Assembly (NCBI GenBank): GCA_013286205.1
Contig: JABDGD010000011.1
Span: 90 to 64,089, forward strand
Reading direction: 5' to 3'
Source of the DNA: Candidatus Firestoneibacteriota bacterium
GTDB lineage: Bacteria; Oederibacteriota; Muellerivitia; Muellerivitales; Muellerivitaceae
Length of the DNA stretch: 64,000 nucleotides
Shown: piece after piece, positions 58,661 to 64,000 of the stretch
Layout of the letters: each line of letters begins with the position of its first letter
Numbering within the stretch: the stretch's first letter is position 1
The notes under the pieces: model-generated
Database searches by the model: none
The model's input: the letters and a program-made list of their open reading frames with translations, nothing else
What the model was told of the DNA's origin: nothing
Program-made: the position numbers and the translations under genes

Positions 58661-59094
58661 TTAACCGCGTCTTTTGAAGGTTGGTTGACGATCTTCAAAA
58701 ATTCATCGTAATCACGGATGTAATCCGCCTCATCAAAATAGTCTGAGGCAAGCACCATGCAAACCGCGCCGGAAGAAAAGTTATTCACTTCCCGCCAAAT
58801 GTAGGGACAGATGGTAAGGCCCGAATAGCTCCGGTTTAACTGGACTGTTTTTCTTTCTTTTCCATCATCGAGAACGATGTCAAAGGAACCCGACATAGCG
58901 ATAACGAACTGGTGCAGGGCCTTATGCGCGTGTCCGCCACGATCAGAACCGCCCGGCACGTCATAAAGATAATAAACACGTTTGATTAAAAAATTGACTT
59001 GCCGCTCAGATTCCAGATAGGTCAAATTTCCGCGAGGGTCGGAAATCTTGGGAAGTTGGATGAGTTTGCAGTCGTGGATGGTGCCTTTGGGCAT
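58657..59094 (-). CDS. dTDP-4-dehydro-6-deoxyglucose 3,4-ketoisomerase (FdtA/QdtA, WxcM-like cupin)
   Basis: Shows close motif agreement with FdtA as I remember it: [32 protein letters not shown] and [19 protein letters not shown]. Confidence 0.88.
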   Translation of the reverse strand: MPKGTIHDCKLIQLPKISDPRGNLTYLESERQVNFLIKRVYYLYDVPGGSDRGGHAHKALHQFVIAMSGSFDIVLDDGKERKTVQLNRSYSGLTICPYIWREVNNFSSGAVCMVLASDYFDEADYIRDYDEFLKIVNQPSKDAVK

Positions 59095-59471
59095 TACTTA
59101 GTCCTTCCTACCAGAAACCATTTATTCAGCGCGTAAGTAAAAGGTAGCAAAATAACAACATTTAAAAGCGGCGCGACCCGCGCATCGATGCGCAACAGAT
59201 TCACCGCCACAAATAACAATCCTAATCCGATTAGATATTGGCCCACATACACCAGTGGGTATTGCGCAATCTTTGCCCATGAAAACGGCGTTTTAAACAC
59301 AAAGAAGCTGTTCAACCCGTAGGCAATAAAAATACCCACAATAAAGGAAACGGTAAAGGCGATTTTATAATCAAAAAATTGAATAACTGCTAGATAAAGC
59401 AAATATGTGATAACTGTATTTGTTCCTCCGACCAGCAAAAACCGAAAAAACGGTTTTTTAAATAACTTCAT
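59094..59471 (-). CDS. GtrA-family small membrane protein (polyprenyl-phosphate-sugar flippase family)
   Basis: Has 4 TM segments and the signature N-terminus KKPFFRFLLVGGTNTVITYLLY. The Met at 59471 gives about 125 aa; the ORF track extends to 59531. Confidence 0.85.
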   Translation of the reverse strand: MKLFKKPFFRFLLVGGTNTVITYLLYLAVIQFFDYKIAFTVSFIVGIFIAYGLNSFFVFKTPFSWAKIAQYPLVYVGQYLIGLGLLFVAVNLLRIDARVAPLLNVVILLPFTYALNKWFLVGRTK

Positions 59472-60381
59472 CAATAACCACTTCCGGACGTTTATTAACT
59501 TCATCGAAAATCCGCCAGAGATACTCTCCAATCACCCCCAGCATAATAATAATCAAACCAAGCAGAAAGGTAATGAGGGCTGTCAGCGTGGCAAAGCCTG
59601 GCACGGGTATTTTCCCAAACAGGGCATGCAACACCACACTCACACCGTAAGAAAAACTGACGAGCGATACAAACGCGCCGATGGTAGAAATAAGCCGAAT
59701 AGGCGTCACCGAAAAACCTAACATCACATCAAGAAATGCCTTAACTTTTTTAGAAAACGTCCAGCGAGATTTACCGTGTAATCGCTTAGCGCGATTGTAA
59801 TGAATGACTTCCGGTTTGAACCCCAGCCAATAAGCCAAAAGAGGGGTGTAAAGATTTTTAGAGCTTTGTTGCATATGAGGCAGAAGCGCTTTGTCCATAA
59901 GGGCCATGTCATATCCACCACTGGGATAATCACTTAAAACCAACTTGTGCAGAAACCAGTAATAAAGGACGGCGAAAAACTTAGTCACCGGCGGATCATG
60001 GCGGCTGACACGTTCACAAATAGTAAATTTCGAACCAGCCTTCCACTTATCCGCCATTTGCAAAATAAGTTCAGGTGGATCCTGTAAATCCGCGGCCAAT
60101 GTCGTGAAACAGTCCCCGGTCACAAACTGCATTCCACATTTGGAAGCGTGGACAGCGCCAAAATTCCGGGTCAATTTAATGATTTTGGTTTCCGGTCTCG
60201 TTTTTTTAATACGAAGCAGTTCTTCTTGAGAGGTGTCGCCCGACCCGTCATTGACAAAAATCAATTCCAATGCCAAATCTCGAGTTTTAAGTTTGCTTTC
60301 AATCCCCTGTAACTGCTCAAAAAGAATCGGCAGGGACTCGGCGTTAAAATAAACTGGCACGATGATTGATACTTTTTTCAT
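59458..60381 (-). CDS. GT2 polyprenyl-phosphate glycosyltransferase (GtrB/ArnC/DPM1-like, two C-terminal TM helices)
   Basis: Motifs: VSIIVPVYFNAE, FVNDGSGDTS and LAADLQDPP. Two TM helices follow, then the family-typical GEYLWRIFDEVNKRPEVVIDE. Confidence 0.9.
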   Translation of the reverse strand: MKKVSIIVPVYFNAESLPILFEQLQGIESKLKTRDLALELIFVNDGSGDTSQEELLRIKKTRPETKIIKLTRNFGAVHASKCGMQFVTGDCFTTLAADLQDPPELILQMADKWKAGSKFTICERVSRHDPPVTKFFAVLYYWFLHKLVLSDYPSGGYDMALMDKALLPHMQQSSKNLYTPLLAYWLGFKPEVIHYNRAKRLHGKSRWTFSKKVKAFLDVMLGFSVTPIRLISTIGAFVSLVSFSYGVSVVLHALFGKIPVPGFATLTALITFLLGLIIIMLGVIGEYLWRIFDEVNKRPEVVIDEVI

Positions 60382-61316
60382 TGGATTACCATTTCATAGT
60401 GATCGTGAACCACGGCCCGCGCTCCGAAACCTTCCTTCTGCTCTACCAATCCCACATTCAACACTTTGCCATCCTCTTCCGTCGAAATACCAAAATCGAA
60501 ATAGGGATGGTCCGCGTACACCGTCTCTATTAATTCAGCAAACAGCAGGTCTAGCGCGCCCAACTCTTTTCCATTTTCACTGGCGGAAATATATTGAACG
60601 TGCGCCACACGATCCGTAGCATAAACCACCACACCCGCTAACATCGTCTTATCCTCAAAACAGCCAAACAGGTGAATATGATCAGGAAAACGCGAAGCCA
60701 GTAACTCTATTTCAGCCAGACTATGTACCGGCTTAACGTTATAACGCTGACGCAGGTTTTCTTCCAGAATCGTCCAAAAAACTCCAAAATCTTGGCTTTT
60801 CACCACTTTCAACCCGGCATTTCGAGCTTGCTTGATTTTACGTAAGCGGCGTTCCTGATAGGGCTGCCGATGGGATTGCTGAATCACCGCCATGACGTCG
60901 CGGCGGAATAATACAGCACCCTGGCGAAATAAGGCGTAACGATCCTCTTCTGCGGGAACGCGGCTATAAATATACGGAATCGTTTTATAAACGAGATTTT
61001 TGATACCCGCGGATCGGGCATAAGGATGAAACGTGTCAAACACTTCGAGCATACGCGGCGTCGTCATCGACGCGTCCGATACTAGTCCGCCATAAGTAAG
61101 ACCGCCATGGCTGAAAAGTCTATGTTCTTTCTCGTTAGCCGGCATAACGGCTAAGAGCTTGTCTTTATCATCTATAAATAACAGACTGTGATCGGTAAAG
61201 CGGTCAGCGTGATAATCCATATAATCGCGTTTAATAAGAAACGTTCCGTTTTTAGAAGTGTCAATAAACGCGTCCCAACGCGATTTCATTTCAGGCTTGT
61301 AGCGAATGATGTTCAT
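60378..61316 (-). CDS. FemAB-like / tandem GNAT-fold acyltransferase-family protein
   Basis: 312 aa. The pattern RWDAFIDTSKNGTFLIKRDYMDYHADRFTDHSLLF...GGLTYGG... matches polysaccharide-cluster proteins usually annotated as GNAT/FemAB-like, from memory. It has 4-nt overlaps on both sides. Confidence 0.6.
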   Translation of the reverse strand: MNIIRYKPEMKSRWDAFIDTSKNGTFLIKRDYMDYHADRFTDHSLLFIDDKDKLLAVMPANEKEHRLFSHGGLTYGGLVSDASMTTPRMLEVFDTFHPYARSAGIKNLVYKTIPYIYSRVPAEEDRYALFRQGAVLFRRDVMAVIQQSHRQPYQERRLRKIKQARNAGLKVVKSQDFGVFWTILEENLRQRYNVKPVHSLAEIELLASRFPDHIHLFGCFEDKTMLAGVVVYATDRVAHVQYISASENGKELGALDLLFAELIETVYADHPYFDFGISTEEDGKVLNVGLVEQKEGFGARAVVHDHYEMVIQ

Positions 61317-62233
61317 CCGATTAACTCCGCCACAGCGAATCCTTCGCGTCCAAAATCATTGCCGTTATAAAAACAATAGGTTTTAGCGCCGATAGTAATC
61401 ACAGCCGCGTACATAATCGCTTGGCTGTCGAATTGGCCAGCCGACACATCTAACCCCATCTCATGATCTTTACGAGTCCAATGAAGTCCATCTTTCGATT
61501 CAGCGTAGCCCATGCGGTAAGCACCGAGCGAACGCTTGCGGATGGAGTAAAAAAGCTGATAGTCCTCGGCGCCGCGCTGAACCACCCAGGGACGTCCAAA
61601 ACCATGTTCATCGGGGTTTGTCACCGTCAGCGATAATCGACCCGCTTTTTGCCAGGTTAATCCGTCGCCTGATTCTTGATATCTCAAATCGTAAACCGGC
61701 ATCGATTTGCCGTCCAAATCGATCCACTGATTTCCGCCAATGTACCAGAGACGCATGCGGTTCTGTTGCCACAAAGCAAAGGGCCCGCATCGAAAATAGA
61801 GTTCTTCATCCGAACGTTCCAGAACCGGCGTATGGCCTAGACGTTTAAAGGTCAGCCCCCCGTCATCACTGACAGCAACACCCGTTAATAATCGATAACG
61901 GATTTGGGTGCCTAACTCAAAGCCCACGTAATACATAAAGTAGCGTGATCCTACCGCCACAACACTGCATGGCAGCACACCGTTCTCGTCAAATGTTCCC
62001 GGCAGGCCAATGTCAAATAGCGGCGCGGATGAAACCGAAATCACTTCCAAGGGATTTTCTGGATTGAGATCAACATAGCCTGGACGGCCCACCATCTTTT
62101 CGTCGCACATCGCGCAATAAACACGCAAAACATTGTTATTCATCAAAACCGGAGTGGGAATCATGGCATGTGATTTAGCCCAGGGTTTGCTTCCGTCCGG
62201 CGTATAGACAATGCCCAGTTTACGCCATTTCAT
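61313..62233 (-). CDS. beta-propeller protein (GH43/32/68/130-superfamily-like fold), function unknown
   Basis: 306 aa with a recurring blade signature: SDDGGLTF, SGDGLTW, SKDGLHW. I recognise no catalytic assignment. Confidence 0.6.
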   Translation of the reverse strand: MKWRKLGIVYTPDGSKPWAKSHAMIPTPVLMNNNVLRVYCAMCDEKMVGRPGYVDLNPENPLEVISVSSAPLFDIGLPGTFDENGVLPCSVVAVGSRYFMYYVGFELGTQIRYRLLTGVAVSDDGGLTFKRLGHTPVLERSDEELYFRCGPFALWQQNRMRLWYIGGNQWIDLDGKSMPVYDLRYQESGDGLTWQKAGRLSLTVTNPDEHGFGRPWVVQRGAEDYQLFYSIRKRSLGAYRMGYAESKDGLHWTRKDHEMGLDVSAGQFDSQAIMYAAVITIGAKTYCFYNGNDFGREGFAVAELIG

Positions 62234-62913
62234 TAGAGGTCATCTTTCACGCGATTTAAACGACGGGCATTACCTCGCGCTTCTCCTGCGGCCCCTTGGA
62301 CAATACTGTCTTCCGCCACATCCTTCATGACCAGCGCGCCCGCGCCAATCACACAGTCCTTGCCGATCAAAACATTATTGGCCACTGTGGCGTTGACACC
62401 CACAAAACAACCCTGCCCCACTGTGACAAAACCCGAAATAACCGCATGGGAGGCGACAAAGCAATGATCCTGGATAGTGGAATGATGTCCAATATGATTG
62501 CCGCTCCACAGCACCACGTTCGTGCCGAGCTTGACGAAAGGTTGAACCACGTTATTTTCAAAAATAAAGCAATGTTCTCCTACCTCTACATTAGGCCAGA
62601 CAAAAGCACGGCTGCTGATATAGGAAGCGGGGGCAAAACCCTTCTCTTTTGCCGCGCGGTATAAGCGGGTTCGCAAACGATTGAGATTGGTATAAACCAA
62701 CGCGGCAAAAAAAGAATGTTCCTTTGGTTCGAATTGCTTTTCCAGGGATTCAAAAGCAACTACCGGCAAACCAAACAGTGTGTTTTGTTTTAAAAACGCT
62801 TCCTCAACGCTGAAAGCCACCACTTCGTATTCCGAATCATGCGTAAAATACTCATAGGCGATCTGCGCAAAAGCCGAATCACCCAAAATCACAAGTTTGC
62901 GTTTTTTTGACAT
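62233..62913 (-). CDS. NeuD/PglD-family sugar N-/O-acyltransferase (N-terminal Rossmann-like domain plus left-handed beta-helix)
   Basis: Carries the N-terminus KLVILGDSAFAQIAYEYF...YEVVAF and the C-terminal hexapeptide repeats IGHHSTIQDHCFVASHAVISGFVTVGQGCFVGVNATVANNVLIG. Confidence 0.85.
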   Translation of the reverse strand: MSKKRKLVILGDSAFAQIAYEYFTHDSEYEVVAFSVEEAFLKQNTLFGLPVVAFESLEKQFEPKEHSFFAALVYTNLNRLRTRLYRAAKEKGFAPASYISSRAFVWPNVEVGEHCFIFENNVVQPFVKLGTNVVLWSGNHIGHHSTIQDHCFVASHAVISGFVTVGQGCFVGVNATVANNVLIGKDCVIGAGALVMKDVAEDSIVQGAAGEARGNARRLNRVKDDL

Positions 62914-62918
62914 CGTGT

Positions 62919-63686
62919 TTATGGCCTCACAATGAGAATGTCTTCACGACGGTTGGCCATCGGCAAATCATTAGCCTGCGGCACCACATAGGCATGAAAG
63001 CCAGCCAGCCGCGCCCTTTGCAGAACAGACAGCACAACCGAATCGTCTAGACTTCCCTCTTTAATTCGAGTCAATTCAGCAGGAGGCTTTTCATTAGTAC
63101 CTGTAAATTCCCGGTGGCTGGCAAGACCCGCTTCACTCTCAAAAAACCGCTTCCTCATGCTGACATTAGGAATATCGCCGATCAACATCCGCCCCTGAGG
63201 CGCCAGCAATGTTAATGACTTATCGAGAAAATCGAACGGGTCGGCTTCAGCAAATATGTACTGAAAAACCGAATAAACGATAATCGCGCTTGTTTTTCCC
63301 GTATAGCGTTCAAATAATTCCGGGCAATCTGGATAGCGTGCCGCTATTTTACGGACAGATGCGGACTCGCCGGACAATTGATCCAGCATTTCCTTTGAAT
63401 CAATCAATATAAGTGTTTGTGACTTTTGCTCGGCTCTTTCCATCAGAAACCGTGGAATATCGCTGCATCCACAGCCGATATCGATGATGGTGCTCTTGTC
63501 GCCTTGGAGCGCCGGAAGCTTTGATTCCATATCCTGAAAAATGAGTTTTTCTTTACCCGCCCGGTAAGTATCAGGAAATCCGACTTTTTCATAACGGCTC
63601 AGTGCCGCATCCTTCGCCATGGAGCGAAAATCTTCAAAACCTATATTATTAAAACGCTCAAAATTATCTTTTCGGGGTTCTGTCAT
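62919..63686 (-). CDS. class I SAM-dependent methyltransferase
   Basis: Carries motif I IIDIGCGCSD. The 255-aa protein has a Rossmann-fold methyltransferase layout. Confidence 0.75.
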   Translation of the reverse strand: MTEPRKDNFERFNNIGFEDFRSMAKDAALSRYEKVGFPDTYRAGKEKLIFQDMESKLPALQGDKSTIIDIGCGCSDIPRFLMERAEQKSQTLILIDSKEMLDQLSGESASVRKIAARYPDCPELFERYTGKTSAIIVYSVFQYIFAEADPFDFLDKSLTLLAPQGRMLIGDIPNVSMRKRFFESEAGLASHREFTGTNEKPPAELTRIKEGSLDDSVVLSVLQRARLAGFHAYVVPQANDLPMANRREDILIVRP

Positions 63687-63734
63687 GAACGATATTGTAC
63701 ATTGACAACCAACATCACAATGACAAAAGCGATT

Positions 63735-63761
63735 AAAAAATCTATCCGTTTTAAAAACGGA
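63735..63761 (-). terminator. weak terminator-like hairpin after the partial upstream gene
   Basis: The minus strand reads UCCGUU-uuuaa-AACGGA followed by UAGAUUUUUUAAUC. The stem is AU-rich and only 6 bp, so this is tentative. Confidence 0.35.
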
Positions 63762-63801
63762 ACAGTCGCCAGATTCCTACAAATCGTGGTATTTCGCTCA
63801 G

Positions 63802-64000
63802 GCTATCTTCTTTTCAAGCCCGCCTTCGACAATATTCGCCTAGTGGCCGCCACAACCTCTTTAGGTTTGACCTGAAGGATGCAATGCGGAATATCTGCTT
63901 CGCAAGCGTCAACACAAGGAAGCTTGGCGTGTTTGGGTTGGACAATAATATTTGGTACGCCCCAGGGGCCAAAACGTTTGGGTGAGTTGGCATGCGATTT
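63802..64000 (-). CDS. C-terminal end of a gene running in from beyond the window (GT9 heptosyltransferase-like tail)
   Basis: My minus-strand translation reads ...NVLAPGGVPNIIVQPKHAKLPCVDACEADIPHCILQVKPKEVVAATRRILSKAGLKRR*. The stop TAG is at 63804..63802. The Cys cluster followed by I..V..V resembles the C-terminus of the GT9 protein at 53709-54785. Confidence 0.5.

Overview
All 60 or so supportable genes in this 64-kb window lie on the minus strand. The organism looks like a diderm bacterium of mid GC content with AT-rich intergenic spacers. All calls come from reading the ORF translations and the DNA by eye; no searches or computations were run.

Left part, about 1-28 kb, housekeeping:
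- A pyrR-pyrB-pyrC-carA-(small ORF)-carB pyrimidine operon. Its leader carries a readable sigma70 promoter, a PyrR-binding loop and an attenuator terminator.
- An AT-rich PhyH-like dioxygenase singleton.
- The yjcH-like/actP pair.
- A PMT/ArnT-like GT-C protein fused to a TPR-like tail.
- A tightly coupled phoH-ybeY-corC-PHP-era-pyk block, in which pyk lacks the C-terminal domain.
- aspS and hisS flanking a small AT-rich islet whose gene is split by a frameshift at an A7 run.
- An LpoA-like lipoprotein, dut, and a 527-aa unknown.

Right part, about 28-64 kb, one co-directional envelope-glycan gene cluster:
- GDP-mannose supply (PMI, ManC-like, PMM/PGM) and GDP-fucose synthesis (gmd, fcl).
- A WbaP-like priming transferase.
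- Many GT2, GT4 and GT9 transferases.
- An O-antigen-ligase-like protein and a GT87-like protein.
- FdtA/FdtB-type 3-amino-3,6-dideoxyhexose genes next to a GtrA/GtrB-like pair and a DE-motif polytopic protein.
- A block of FemAB-like, beta-propeller, NeuD/PglD-like acyltransferase and methyltransferase genes.

The most unusual element is three tandem, diverged, roughly 570-aa polytopic paralogues (31977-37141) set inside the mannose-supply genes. I cannot place them in a named family; they look like GT-C-type periplasmic glycosyltransferases.

I found no rRNA, tRNA, CRISPR array, transposase or integrase.
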